The position numbers and the translations under genes are program-made. From NCBI RefSeq assembly GCF_048593235.1, contig NC_133619.1:64370454-64434453 (forward strand): a stretch of DNA of 64,000 bases, read 5' to 3'. Source of the DNA: Sminthopsis crassicaudata (Eukaryota). Of this stretch, positions 10,621-23,659 are shown one piece after another. Every line of letters starts with the position of its first letter. Positions within the stretch are counted from its first letter, which is position 1. Below the pieces are notes generated by a model that saw nothing but the letters and a program-made list of their open reading frames with translations, had not been told where the DNA came from and did no database searches.

Positions 10621-12051
10621 TTCTGATGATGTCTTCCCACATGAAGAGGCTTGGGAGCCTGCTTATGATCGTGGTCCACAGGAGATGCTTAATAAATGCG
10701 TATTTGATCTTCTGTTCCCCTTCCAAGAATTATGATAATATCATGTAACTTGGAGAGGCCATGGAACATGTGTGACATTCTTTAATTGGGTTTGCTCTGG
10801 GAACTATGTGGTTTGGAAAAGTGTTTTTCCAATTCTAGTGGATATCTTCAAGCAAATCTGAGTCAGCCTCAGCCTAAGCTCATCTTTTCTGACTGTACTC
10901 TTTGATGGTTTGATGATGTAAGGGAGAGAGGCTTTGGGGTCTTCTCCCCATCAAGATCATTGGGTACCAAGTAATGGTCTTTGGTCTCTGCATAAATTTT
11001 TTTTCTTGTTGTAGGGGAAGGGATTTAAGCCTCTGCTTTTGTGTCTTTCAGAGGTTAAAGAGAACAAGCTTTGGGATTCTCAGCTTTGGGTTTTGCAGCC
11101 AGTTTAGCATCAATGCCCAAAGGAGTGACTTTCAGGAGTGGTCTCTCAGGCCCCAGACCAGATGTAATGTGACAAGAATCATCCAGAAGACATGGAGCAT
11201 CTGGATATGATCTTGGTGGGGCTAGTGTTATATAACAACTGAGCTAAGTTTCAGCTCTTTATCTCCAGAGACTGATGCACCTCTAAGTATTAGGGAGAAG
11301 CATTTGCACTTGAAAGTGCATATCTGTTTGCAAAAGCTAATTGATGTTAAGGGGGCTAAATAGGACAGCATACTTCCCTGGCACCCAATGAGGTGGGGTA
11401 GAAATGGATGAGACATAACCAGTGTGACAGAGAAAAATCAACTTCAAATTCTTCATGGTGAAGCTTGAGGGGAAGATATGGTCAGAAGGGAGAACTCAGA
11501 ACACACTCCACGTTCCCCAAATTGTTCTGGAAATGAAACGTTTTTGTCTTTTGTTTTCTTGTTTTACTGTAAGTGGAGGCTATGTAAGATCATTTGATAT
11601 CGCTGAAAACCTGACTCAGCTGAAATGACTGATTCTAATCAATGCTGCAAGTGACCCTGGACCCTGAGCACATGATCACTCCTGACTCCTTCCTCTCAGA
11701 ACTAAGATTATATAAACATCAAACAGTCAGGTCTCTTTCTGTGAATTGAATTTCACTGGACTTTGAGGAAAAAGAATCTAGAAAAGATATGGGGGGATAC
11801 TTGGAAAGGGGGGAAACATCCCTTTATAGGAGGTAAGCAGGTGGTTAGAAACATATTAAATCATCAAGATATCATAAGAATCCGTCATTTTGTAGATGAA
11901 GAAAAGAAAACCCAAAGGCAATTTGTCCAAAGTGACTCAGTAAGTAAATGAAAAAACAGGGATTTAATCTGAGTTTCTATATGATGGAAAGAATCAGAGG
12001 AGCCAGCTTCTCATTTTGTCATATGGCTTATGATGATCTGACCTGGATTAA

Positions 12052-12054
<3 letters not shown>

Positions 12055-12091
<37 letters not shown>
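12055..12091. repeat. (TG)n microsatellite
   Basis: Directly visible. Confidence 0.95.
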
Positions 12092-12095
<4 letters not shown>

Positions 12096-13389
12096 GACAT
12101 AATTTTCTTTAAAAGTAGTTTTACAGATACTTTTTTCTCAATAGTATTTTATTTTTTTCCAAATACATATAAATATAGTTTTCAACATTCATTTTTATGA
12201 AATTTTATGTTCCAAATTTTTCTTCCTCCCTTCCTCACTTGTGTTCTTCCCAGTTCAACAAGCAATCTGATAGATTAAATATGTGCTAAATGTTTACTTT
12301 CTGTAGGTATTACATAGCTACCAATCTTCCCCCCATTCCTCTAGTGTTCACTTTGTAATCTATAGTTCAGCAAAACAAATAAAAGCATTGGCCTTTTCTG
12401 AGAAATTATGGCCCTTTCTGTACTTCTGTAGTATACTGTACTGTGGGCTACTTCTCTTCTGAGAGAAAAAATACATTCTTGACCACTAGTTGAAGCCAAG
12501 AATGAGGTAACACTATTTTTCAAAATAAGAAGTGGGGCAGAGGTCCTCATGGGAAAACTTTTAGCATAACTATTCTAAAAGAAATTTTCTTTCCTTAAAT
12601 CAGGGCTGTCCCGGATTGCTCTCCATAGGGGTGGGATAGACAGGAGCTAAAGCAAGATTTCTAAAAAATATTTTCATCCTGGGGCCTCTCCAAGTTCCAT
12701 TTCTGCTTACTTCCATTGATTTCCACAAAACAAAAAGATCCCCAACCATCTCACTTATGAAAAGAAAGTGTTCTGAGCATGTCAACATGAGGACAGCTGC
12801 TCTAAACATTTTCCACTCACCAACTTCTTTTTGCCTGATTATCTATATCTATATCCTATCTATCTATCTATCTATCATCTATTTATCTATCTCAAGATAT
12901 ATAAAATAGGTGTACAAACAAAACATTTACTGAAAATAATCATAATTTCTTGACCCCAACATTCAGTTATGAGAATCCTTATGGGGTCATTACCCCAAAT
13001 ACATTAGGAACTTTTGCTCTAGAAAACAGATTCCAAGAACGAGGGACTTCGTTTGAAAAGGCAGTTTTGCAATAGACAGATGACTTGCAATGGAATCAGT
13101 TCTGCTGTTTGATACCTAAGTGAACTTGAATAATCTTAGGTAGATCGCTTCTCTGGGTCTCAGTTTGTTTATCTGCAAAATGAAAGTTTTGGACTAGATG
13201 ATCTGGTTTAATCCTCTGTTTCTGAAGCCTGATCTTTCATGCTGAAATTTGCCTTAGATCCCACAGGGAAAAATCCATTTCATTAATGAGTTTTCCTGTG
13301 ACATTTCATGGAATTAAGCCATTCCTTCTTACCCTAGCAGTGGGAACACCCCCCCCCCCTCCGTGTTCTTTTTTTAACCATTTTATTCT

Positions 13390-13815
13390 GCTTTATTTAA
13401 AAAAAACCTTTTTTTTTTTCAAAATATATGCGTAGAAAGTTTTCAATATTCATCCTTGCAAAAACTTGTTTTCCAATTTTTTCCTTCCTTTCCTCCCATC
13501 CCCTCCCTTAGACAACAAGTAATCCAATATATGTTAAACACGTGCAATTCTTTTATATATATTTCCACAATTACCATGCTGTACAATAAGTCATACTAAA
13601 AAAGGGAAAAATGAGAAAGAAAACAAAAAGCAAGCAAACAACAACAGAAATGAAACTACTATGTTGTGATTCAATATTCCCCTCTCTGGATGCAGATGAC
13701 TCTCTCCATCACAAGTCTATTGGAACTGGCTTGAATTACCTCATTGTTGAAAAGAGCCATGTCCATCAGAATTAACCATCTTGTAATCTGATTGTTGCTA
13801 TGTACAATGTTCTCT
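13390..13815 (-). mobile_element. Marsupial L1 3' UTR fragment
   Basis: ttttcaatattcatccttgcaaaaac, ccctcccttagacaacaagtaatccaatatatgttaaac, ctctggatgcagatg. Confidence 0.85.
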
Positions 13816-14944
13816 TGAGCCCCCAAATTCTTAAATGCCAGAGTTGTGTTCTCTGGTTCCTGCTGGAGACCTGTGTAGCCTGGGGTCACATGTAAACTCA
13901 GGAAGTCATGGTTACAGAAAGCAGAGAGAACCAGAGGCTTCTGGATAATCTCATTTTCCTCCAGACACTTCCTGAAAGTGTCTTTCCCGTGCATGAGGAA
14001 TCACCTTGAGCCAGGAGAGGAACAGGAAGGAGAGTGCCCATCCTCCAAGACTTTCCCACTGTTTGCCCAACACAGCCACCCCTCCAATTAGACTAATTTC
14101 CCAAGGGTCCTGACCCAATCATCAGAATTTCTGTCTGTATTTGCTCTTACTGCTTGTCCAGCCTAGAATTCTCCTTTTGTTTCTCAGTTCCCCAGTAACT
14201 CCTCACCCTTTAAGGTTCGACTCAAATTCCTCCTGTCTTAAGAAGCCCTTCCCAAATGCCCTTATCCCCAGTGATCTCAACAAATTCCTGAGGCACTCAA
14301 GCTTATCCTCACACCCCTTAGACCTTTGTACTGTTAAGGAAGTTTTCAGTATTTTCTACTGTTTCAATGCACATCTTTCTTATCTTTAACTGGAGAGCAT
14401 TAATATTTTGATAGCTGTATTTCAATATAATTGGCTTCCTTTGAAACTCTATGACATTTGTGTTTTATGTATTGAAATACATTTTTTTTTCTGAGAAGAG
14501 GATCCCCATGATATAAAAAAGATGAAGAAAGTGGGATAGTATTAGGTTTAATTTAATAGCAATAATTTGTGTTTATGTATTTAGTGATATGTAAGTTAAA
14601 TGTACAATTCTTATATGATAGAATACTATATATGTATGTTCTCTTTACATAAATAGCTAATATGGAAATAAGATAATTATTCATTGTATGTATATGCATT
14701 TCATATGTATGGAAAAGTATGAATAAATGAAAAAATAAGTGCTTTTATGTCTTTGGTATTATGCTAAGTGCTGAGAATACAAATTCAAGCAAACAAGCTA
14801 ACCTCTGACCTTGGGGAATTTACATTCTATAAGAAAAAGTGACAATTCAGAGTGGTGATATATGTCACAGAGATGGTGATGGGAACTATTGGACAAATGC
14901 TTGATGTCTCTTAATCCAGGAAAGATAACAGTGATTTAAATCCT

Positions 14945-15078
14945 TTTCTTTCTTTTTGCTGAGGCAACTGGGGTTAAGTGACTGCCTAGGGTCACACAGC
15001 TAGGAAGTGTCAGGTGTCTGAAGTCATATTTGAACTCAGGTCCTCCTGACTTCAGGGCTGGTGCTCGATCCACTGCCT
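14945..15078 (-). mobile_element. WSINE1-type SINE, head truncated
   Basis: gaggcaactggggttaagtgactgcctagggtcacacagctaggaagtgtc...tcctcctgacttcagggctggtgctc; approximate TSD ttccttttctt. Confidence 0.9.
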
Positions 15079-15620
15079 CAATTCCTTTTCTTAGCAATTT
15101 GTAAACCATAAGAGTGGGGAATGGTTTGTATTACCTGCATAGACGCATGAGTGAATGAAGCACTATGCCAAAGTATGATGATGAGTGAGACCTGCTTTAA
15201 GGAAAGATTCATTCTACAGGAGGGGATAACACAGGTAGGAAATTTCAATTGCAGTTTCACAAGATAAGACTCCATGATCCTCAGGATTCAGAGGCAAAGC
15301 AGATGGTAGTCATCTTTTTTTCATGTTATCTCCATTTCTAATTCTGGACCATTTGATGGTACCAAGGACTTTGGTATCTAATCCCCTGGTCTTCTGTAAC
15401 TTTGGCTGCTGAGGAAGGAGGCAGGGGCTGTGGGACACGTACAGCCAGTTTTTGGGTTGTATTTATACACAATGAGTTGTTTCTCTGGATGATGACCATG
15501 GGGATGGTTGAGAAATAGAACCTGAGTCTGAGGGTGGCGATCCTCCTGGGAATCTTGATTCAGAGTCCTGGGCTGTCTCCATCATAGTTTGATCAAAGTG
15601 GATGCAGTGGTTTGACTTAC

Positions 15621-15732
15621 CTGACACATGCCATTTCCTTCTTTTCCTCATGGTACCCAGCGAGTCTGGCTTGCCTGTTCTGGGGATGGTATGACATGAA
15701 GGTAACTGAGAAGTGGTATGATGGGTCTGAAT
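15621..15732 (-). CDS. Candidate 112-nt exon, product unidentified
   Basis: Acceptor catccgttccatcttgcccag; consensus donor CAG|GTAAGT; two frames open (SDPSYHFSVTFMSYHPQNRQARLAGYHEEKKEMACV or IQTHH...GTMRKRRKWHVS). Confidence 0.25.
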
Positions 15733-15824
15733 CTGGGCAAGATGGAACGGATGCTCACATGAGCTCAGTGAGTGTCATAGGAGCTTAAGATAAAGCTGGG
15801 TATGGGAGAATAGAATGAGGTCCA

Positions 15825-16050
15825 GAAGCAGCGAGGTGGTGCAGTGGATAGAACGCTGGGCTTGGAGTTCAAATGTGGCTAAATGATTCTGGGCAAGTAA
15901 TTTAATCTCTATCTGCCTGTTTCCCTAACTGTAAATGGTAGTAAATAATAGCACCTATCTTCAAGGATGATTGTGAAGATCAAATGAGATAATATTTGTA
16001 AAGTCCTTAACTCAGTGCCCAGCACATAGTAGTTGCTTAATAAATGATTA
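15825..16050 (+). mobile_element. MIR-family SINE
   Basis: gtgcagtggatagaacgctgggcttggagttcaaat...aagatcaaatgagataatatttgtaaag...cagcacatagtag. Confidence 0.8.
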
Positions 16051-16569
16051 TTTCTTTTCTCCAGGCACATATTGTCCAAAGAGTACAGGAGACTCGGTAG
16101 TCTTAGAGTCATGATAATTAAAGGATCTTGAAAAATTTTAGTCATACTAAAGTCAAATATAACATCATAATGAACAATATTGTATTCTTTGGAAAACATA
16201 TTACAATGTCAGACTTATTTTTATCTTTAAAAATTTATTTAAATGGCTCTGTAATACAATGTGACTATATCCTCTAGTGATTAAAAACAGCAACCCATCC
16301 ATACCTGCCTGTACTGTGTAACCATTGGTCATGCAATGAAATCTCACCTTCTAACCATCTTCATCCTCTCTTTCCATCTCTCTTATTCCTTCCAATGTAC
16401 AAGGGGGTTTCTTTGCTTTCTTTTGATATGACTGATACTGAGGGATCATGAGATCTATTGGCTTTCTTTTAATTTTCCCATGTGGTGAACCCATCTTTGA
16501 TCAATGATGTATTTTTATGAGATACTTTCCTGCAGATTTTTGCCAATCTGTGTTTGTAATGTATAAATA

Positions 16570-17053
16570 ACTAAACCTAAACAAAAACTAAAATCTTGGA
16601 ATGTGGTCCCATCACTTCTTGGTAAATAGAGGGAAAAGAAATGGAAGCAGTGTTTAATTTTATATTCTTGGACTCAAAGATCACTGAGACGGGGACTTCA
16701 GCCATGAAATTACAATATGCTTATTACTTGGAAGGAAAGTGATGGCAAACTGGACAGCATACTAAAAAGCAGAGACATCACTTTGCTGACAAAGGTCTCT
16801 CTAGTCCAAGCGATGGTCTTTCCAGTAGGACTACGTGGCTGTGAGTGTTGGACTATAAGAAAAGCCGAGCACAATAGAATCGATGCTTTTGAATTATGGT
16901 GCTGAAGAAGGTTTTTGAGAGTCTTTTAGTTAGCAAAAAGATCAATTCAGTCAATATTTAAAGAAATTAAATCAGCCTATTTACTGGAAGGTGAAATTGA
17001 AATTTAAATACTTTGGCCACATAATAAGAAGATGGGATTCATTGGAAAAGACA
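16570..17053 (+). mobile_element. BovB/RTE-clade LINE ORF remnant
   Basis: Translation LDSILKSRDITLLTKVSLVQAMVFPVGLRGCECWTIRKAEHNRIDAFELWC closely follows the BovB C-terminal ORF region as recalled (LDSILKSRDITLPTKV.LVKAMVFPVVMYGCESWTIKKAE.RRIDAFELWC); disrupted. Confidence 0.9.
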
Positions 17054-17229
17054 CTAGCTGTATGACTGTGGGTAAGTCACTCAAGTCTGCCTCAGTTCCT
17101 CTTATGTAAAATTAATTGGAGAAGAAAAAATAAACTACTTCAATATCTCTGCCAAGAAAATCCCAAATGAGGTCATGAGGAATTGGACATGATTGAAAAT
17201 GGCTCAGACTGAGTCTCACATAGTGATGA

Positions 17230-17760
17230 TATTGAAGTCATTGAACTGATAAGAGGATAGGGAAGAGACAGAGTCCAGGATAGTCTTGGGATGCATTTAC
17301 AATTAGATGATGATCAGCCAAGGATGCTGAGAAGGTAAGGCCAGAATAGGCAGAGAACCAAGAAATACCAATGCTGCAAAAATCCAGAGAGAAAAGGGTG
17401 CCCTGGAGGATGTTTCAGAGGTCAAGAAGGATGAAGACTGAAAAAAGTTCATCAGATTTGACAATTCGATCATTGGTAACTTTGGAGAGGATAATTTCAT
17501 CTCAGTGAAGAGGGTGTAGGTTGCAGAGGGTTGGGGAGTGAGAAGACCTGGTATGGAGGCTAGAAAAGTAGGCTTTTTTTTTTTTTTTGGTACATTTGGT
17601 CGTGAGGGGGAAGAAGGAAGAATGGACAGTAGCGTCAGGGGATGACACAGTAAAATGAAGGCTTTTGTTTTTAGGGATGGAGAAGACTTGGATATGTTTG
17701 GAACCATCTAGGAAGGAATAAATCCACCTTTGTCTCTGATCTAGAGAACATGTCTTACAA
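17230..17760 (-). mobile_element. L2 LINE fragment
   Basis: gaggtcaagaaggatgaagactgaaaaa...gatttgacaatt...tggtaactttggagagg. Confidence 0.7.
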
Positions 17761-17884
17761 AAAGAAGTAAAGGAAATATTTTGAAATTTAATGGGGGAGA
17801 CTAATAATGAGAGCAATCTGCTTCAGGGTCTGCAATGGGATCAAAGGTACATGGAGAAGATCAGGCTTGGTAAAAAGAGACACC

Positions 17885-18468
17885 TTTTTATTTATTTTTA
17901 ATACACATTGCTTTATCAGTCATGTTGAGACAGAAAAATCAGAATAAAAAGGGAAAACTATGGGAGGGATTAAAAACAATAAAAAAGAAGTGAACACAGC
18001 ATGTGTTGATTTACATTCAGTGTCCTTAGTTCTTTTTCTGGATGCAGATGGCATTTTCTCTCCAAAGTCTATTGGGATTGCTTTAGACCATTGAACCACT
18101 GAGAAGAACCAATCGTTCATAATTGATCATCACATATTCTTGCTGTTATTGTGTACAATGTATTCCTGGTTCTGCTTGTTTCTTTCAGCATCAGTTCATG
18201 TAAATCTTTCCAGGTCTCGTTCATCATTTTTTATAGAACAATAATATTTTATTATCTTCATACACCACAACTTGTTCAACCATTCCTCAACTGATGGCAT
18301 TCCACTCCTTTTCCAATTCTTTGCTAACACAAAAGGAACTGCAACAAACATTTTTGTGTATGAGGGTCCTTTTCCTTCCTTTATGATTTTTTTGGGATAC
18401 GGACCCAGTAATGGCACTGCTGAGTCAAAGGGTATGCACAGTTTTATATCACTTTGGGCTTAGTTCCA
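17885..18468 (-). mobile_element. Marsupial L1 3' fragment
   Basis: cacattgctttatcagtcatgttgagacagaaaaatcaga...cacaacttgttcaaccattcctcaactgatgg; antisense frame gives L1 ORF2-like LLGPYPK..IKEGKGP. Confidence 0.9.
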
Positions 18469-19000
18469 GATGAAAGAGACACCTTTTGTAAAAGAAGGTG
18501 CAAATAGGCAATAGAAAAGAAGGAAGATTTTATCTAAGGGCTGATGAATAAATGCTCTCAGATTGTGGATTGGGACAGTTCTGAGTATATCTGTTTGTCC
18601 AGAATAATTATACTCTCAAGGAAGCTCAATATCTATTCATTAATCAATCAATTAGATTTATTCAGAAATAATTTCTTGAGTACCTACTATGTGCAAGGCA
18701 GTATGCCAGGAGAAAGGGATTCAAAGGCTCAATACAGACACTGCTTTCAAGTAGTTTACAAATGTGGAGCCCACTTTGTGGTTGGGCTCAGATGGAATTT
18801 CAGGTAGGCCCTCACCAGGGAGCTTGTGGTGGTCCTGCTTCCAGGAAGAGCCCTTCCCCAATCCAGCCTCTACCCCACTTCAGAGCATGTGCAGACATGC
18901 TGCGACTACTTCCTCTTGGCCTTTAGGACTCAAGGGTGGTAAAAAGTTTTAATAGTTTTCTGAGCTTGAATTCTTTGAATATTCTGAAATGCTGCTGTCT

Positions 19001-19145
19001 GGGCAGCTAGGTGGCCCAGTGGATAGAGCATCAACCTTAAAGTCAGGAGGACCTGAGTTCAAATCTAGCCTTAGACACTTAATACTGCCGAGCCGTGTGA
19101 CCTTGGGCAAGTCAACCCCAATTGCCTCAGCAATAAAATAAAATA
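19001..19145 (+). mobile_element. WSINE1-type SINE with TSD
   Basis: gggcagctaggtggcccagtggatagagc...gttcaaatc...aacccaattgcctcagc plus A-tail; TSD aaatgctgct[g/t]tct. Confidence 0.95.
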
Positions 19146-19404
19146 AAATGCTGCTTTCTACCTGTTGCCTTATACTTGTATCTTCTTTCCTTTTCATTGG
19201 TACTGGGTTTTTTTTTGTGTGTGGGGGGGATCTTTATACACATCTACCCACCCACCCTGATATAAACTCTCATAATTAAACAGAACACAATTTTTGCTTT
19301 GTCCATGTCTAAAGTAAATACAGTGTCCACACATATATGAGTGCCTCATTCTGCACTCTGAGTCTTTGTCAGGAGGTGGGATGAATGTCTCCTCATTGTT
19401 CTTC

Positions 19405-19635
19405 TTCGGTTGTGTCCAATTCTTCATGACCCCATTTGCTGTTTTCTTGGCAGAGATACTGGAGTGGTTTGCCATTTTCTTCTCCAGCTCATTTTACGGA
19501 TGAGGAAACTGAGGCGGACAAGGTTAAGCAACTTGCCCAGGGTCACACAGCTAGTGAGCATCAGAGGCTGGATTTGGACTCAGGACTTCTCAACGTAAGA
19601 CCTGATGCTGTATCCTGTATACCACCTAGCTGCCT
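19405..19635 (-). mobile_element. MAR1-type SINE nested in an older L1 fragment (about 19190-19900)
   Basis: gttgtgtccaattcttcatgaccccattt...ggagtggtttgccattttcttctccagctc...ccacctagctgcc. Confidence 0.9.
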
Positions 19636-20459
19636 CCAGAATTGTAGGTCGTTATAAAGCTGATAACAATTCCGAAGTCTTCCAAGATTGTTTTTATAAT
19701 ATTGTCATGTTCATTGTTTTCCTGGTTGAGTTCACTTCACTCTGAATCAATTCATAAAGTCTTTGAGGTTTTTCTGAAATCACCTCTGTCCTCATTTCTT
19801 ACAGCACAATGGTATAACATCACATCTATACACCATAATTCGTTCAACTATTCTCCAATTAATAAGCATGAAATAATAGATTCCAATTCCCTGCCACTTC
19901 ATCCAGAGCTACATCTCAGTTTGAGTTTTTTTGTCACAGCCTTAGTGCCTCATTTCCTTCCCAAGAATTGAAGGGGGAGAAGGGAAATAAGCAATCAACC
20001 AACAAATATTTGTTATGTGCTAGGCACTGTACTAAGTGTTGGGATTGCAAAGAAAAAGCAAAAATCGTCTCTGCACCCAAGAAACTTAGATAAAAAATTT
20101 CCCTTCACATTCACAGACCATTGAGTTTCTCTTAACCTACAGCTTCCCTTGAACCCTGCACTCAGCCCCCACCCACTTCGTTGAGGAGTCCTTTCATCCC
20201 AAACCTCCTTTTTTGTCCTGTCTGTCATGCTTTGAGCAAGGGTGGAAAACTAAGGGCTATTATTCTAAGCATGGCCACAAGGTGACAGAAGAGAGAAGCA
20301 AAATTCTATAATTTAATAAATGACCATCCAATGAGTATTTACTGAGTATCTTCCTGACCTTGGGAGATTCAAAGGCATAATTCCTTCCCCTTTGGGACCT
20401 TGCAATCTAGTTAGGGAGAGAAGATACATGTATGTGTGAACAAATCTCTAAGAATACAA

Positions 20460-20945
20460 TTTGTATCTAGAATGAAATACAAATACAAAATCTTCCACAA
20501 TTGGGTACCAATCTATCTTTTTGATCTTATCTCATACTAACTCCCTTCAAATACTTTATGCTCAAGTGAAACAAGAGTACCAGGTATTCCCTAGTGAAGT
20601 CTCATCATTATTGCCTCTGTGGGATCCTTAAGGTCACTCCCAAACCTAGAATGCACTTAGTGCTTATGGACCTCCATCTGTTTGAAATCTTCCTCCTTAC
20701 ATTTTCCCAGGGTACTTTGGATCTCACCTTTGCCCCCATCAAAATCATTCATTAAGAGCCTACTCATTAAAAACAGGCAGGCACTGGGGATACAAAGACA
20801 AACTGTCCTCAAGGAATAGACATCAATCATCCTAGCTTACCTTATACTACATTTATTATCACAGAGGCCCTATGTCTCCTATTTTGTTTTAAGCTCCTTG
20901 CTCGTAGGGATTGTGCCATTTTTCATTTTTGCATTCTTAGAACCT
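20460..20945 (+). mobile_element. Degraded L2 3' fragments
   Basis: cttccacaattgggtaccaatctatc, cctagaatgcact, taagctccttg...agggattgt...cctagcac. Confidence 0.55.
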
Positions 20946-20954
20946 AGCACATTG

Positions 20955-21195
20955 TTGTTGTTCAGTTGTGTCCAACTCTTCATGACCCCATTTGGGATGT
21001 TCTTGGCAAAGATACTGGAGTGGTTTGCCATTTTCTTCTCCAGCTCATTTTACAGACTAGGAAACTGAGGCAAACAGAGTGCAGTGACTTGTTCAGGATT
21101 ACACAGCTAGTGTCAGAGGCCAGATTTGAACTCAAAAGATGAGTTTTTTAGACTTCAGGCCTGGCACTATATCCACTGTGCCGACTAGCTGCCCT
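20955..21195 (-). mobile_element. MAR1-type SINE
   Basis: ttgttgttgttcagttgtgtccaactcttcatgaccccatttggg...tatccactgtgccgactagctgccc. Confidence 0.9.
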
Positions 21196-23249
21196 ATCTA
21201 GTACATAGTAGATGTGTGATCTCTTTTTTTGTTTGAATTAAAAAGTAAAATAATACTAAACTTGGTGTCAAAGGACTCTGGGTTCAAATTTTGGTCCTAT
21301 TTCTGTGTAACCTTGGGTAAATTGGGTAAATTATGACCCTTCATTCCCTGGTCTGTAAGATGAAGAATTTGGGCTAATCATAGTCCAAATACAATAGAAA
21401 TTTATTTAGTGCCTACTCTGTGCCAGGTATTGTGCTAAATAAGAAAAAGAAAGACAATCTCTGTCTTCGAGAAGCTTATAATCTAATTAGGGAAGACAAT
21501 ATATAAAGGGAAGCTGAAAAGGGAAATAGGAGATGCAGCCAAGGTGGTATAAGAGATGCATCTGCTGTGCCATAATGCTCATGGAGTTCAAGACAGTCAG
21601 CTGATGAAAAAGGAAGAGACTAAATACTTTATAAAGTCCTTCACTGTTAAATCCCATGATCCCATGCATGAATGCATATGAAGTTTGACAGCAAACTTTG
21701 AATGCAGGGAACATTTTCCCTTGGTGTGTAACCTATTCTGCACCTCTCTCTGATCCCATGTAATATGTGCTAAATGAATGGCTCAGACATTTAAGCAATG
21801 AAAAGCTCAGAGGAGAGAAATTCCCTGTGGACTGCAATGGCATAGAAGCCTTCTTTGAGGATTATAGATTTAGACCCTAAAGAGACCTTCTATGTCTCAT
21901 TTTCTAGATTACATACTGAGTCCCAGGGATCATGAATGATGTGTTCAGGAATTTGCGCTGGGATTCAAATCAAGGTCTCTCTATTTTCTTTCAACTGCAT
22001 GATGCTAAAGAAGAATTTCAGCAAAACCATGAAGGATGAAGCTGGTTAATAACAATTGTGCTAACAATAATAATAATTAGCACCTATGCGGGGCTAATGC
22101 TTTACAAATATATCATATATCATATCATGTTATATCATATTATATCAACTTATATTACATTATATCATATCATATTATATATTACATCATATTATATTAT
22201 TTTATTCTCACAATATCCATGGGAAGTAAATGTTATTATAAGCTCAATTTTACAAATGAGGAAACAAAAGTAGAGAGAGGTTAAATAATTTGTTCAGGTT
22301 CACAGAGCTAGTAATATGGCATTTAAACTCAGATCTTTCTAATTCTAGATCCATCCAGCCCTCTATCCCCTATGTCACTTAGTTGCCTATAGACTCTGAG
22401 AGGAGAGGAAAAAACTGAGTGGGGAGAGTGAAAACCTCTAAACTTCAGGTGTGGGAAATTTCTGCCCATGTAGAACATTTACACAATTTTCATTTCTTTC
22501 ATTTCTTCCATCCTTCCCTTTCCTTTTGGAAAAGCGCAGTTCCCAGAGATATCCACAAGGTGGCAAAGTGACTTCATTTATCCAGCATGAAATCTGGAAT
22601 TAAAGTTGGGGAAAGGATGAGTTAGAGGAAGAGAGAAGGGTCTCAGGGACTCCAGGCAATTAACTTGACTCTAGGGACATTAGACATATGTGAACAAGAG
22701 CCTAGAGAATGACTTTTAGGGACAGAGAAAAATGTGAGAAATGGGGGGTCTTTCCCTTGACTTCCTGAAGGATTCTAAGTTCTTTTGGGAGGACTACCTT
22801 ACTCAATGGGCTGGTATTTCCCCAATTCTTGGTCTGCCAGCTTACTCCTTATGTGACTTTGGACAAGACTTTTCTCTCTGGGTCTCAGTTTCTCCTCCTG
22901 TAAAATGAAGGGATGGTTTGGATTAAATGACCTCCAATATTATTTTCATTGGAGATTTATCTCTATTTGTGACAGTAATGGGAACCAGAATTAGGCTGAG
23001 ATTAGGTATGCATTTCAATGCATAGAAGGTCATAGGGATAATAAATTTAGAGCCATCAGTGATCTCAAAATCTCACATCAAGTTCGACCTTTTTATTTTA
23101 CAGTTGAAGAAAATGAGACAGAGTTATCAAATGACTTGCCCAGCATCACTGGGCTATCAAGTGTTTGAAGTAGGATTTGAACTTGTCTTTCTGAGTCAAA
23201 GTCTAGAGCTCTAGGTATATTTATTAAGCACCTAGTATATAAAAGGGAA

Positions 23250-23462
23250 GCTAGGTAGTGCAGTGGGCTAGGAATCAGGAAGTCTCATCTTTCTAAGTTG
23301 AAGTATGGCTTCATATATTTCTTAACTGGGTAGATCACCCTCACTTTTCTTTTCTATAAAATGAGCTGGAGAAAAAATGGCAAACTGCTCCCATATCTGC
23401 CAAGAGAACCCCAAATAGGATCATGGAGAGTTGAATATAACTGAAATGACTGAACAACAAGA
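23250..23462 (+). mobile_element. MAR1-type SINE
   Basis: agctaggtagtgcagtgg...aaaatgagctggagaaaaaatggcaaac...gaaatgactgaacaacaa. Confidence 0.8.
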
Positions 23463-23659
23463 AAACTGAGGGCTGGAGAGGTCAAGTGAATGAATACATA
23501 AATCTATAACTGAGGTGAGCAACTGCTCCAATGACTGAGCTCTGCTCCTAAAACCAAGGTTTTTCCAATCTATTGTGATATGGGAGAAGGGGGTCAAGGA
23601 CAGAGGAGGTTCCTTTGACTTTTGGGGAATCTTATTTTTGAAGTCGAGGATTTTAAAAT

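Noticed and set aside
19001-19075. tRNA-like A and B boxes (also at 38029 and other SINE heads)
   Set aside because: These are SINE heads continuing into SINE bodies with tails and TSDs, not tRNA genes
20237-20281. 45-nt open segment QGWKTKGYYSKHGHK
   Set aside because: Weak GAG acceptor and gtgaca donor; too short to distinguish from chance
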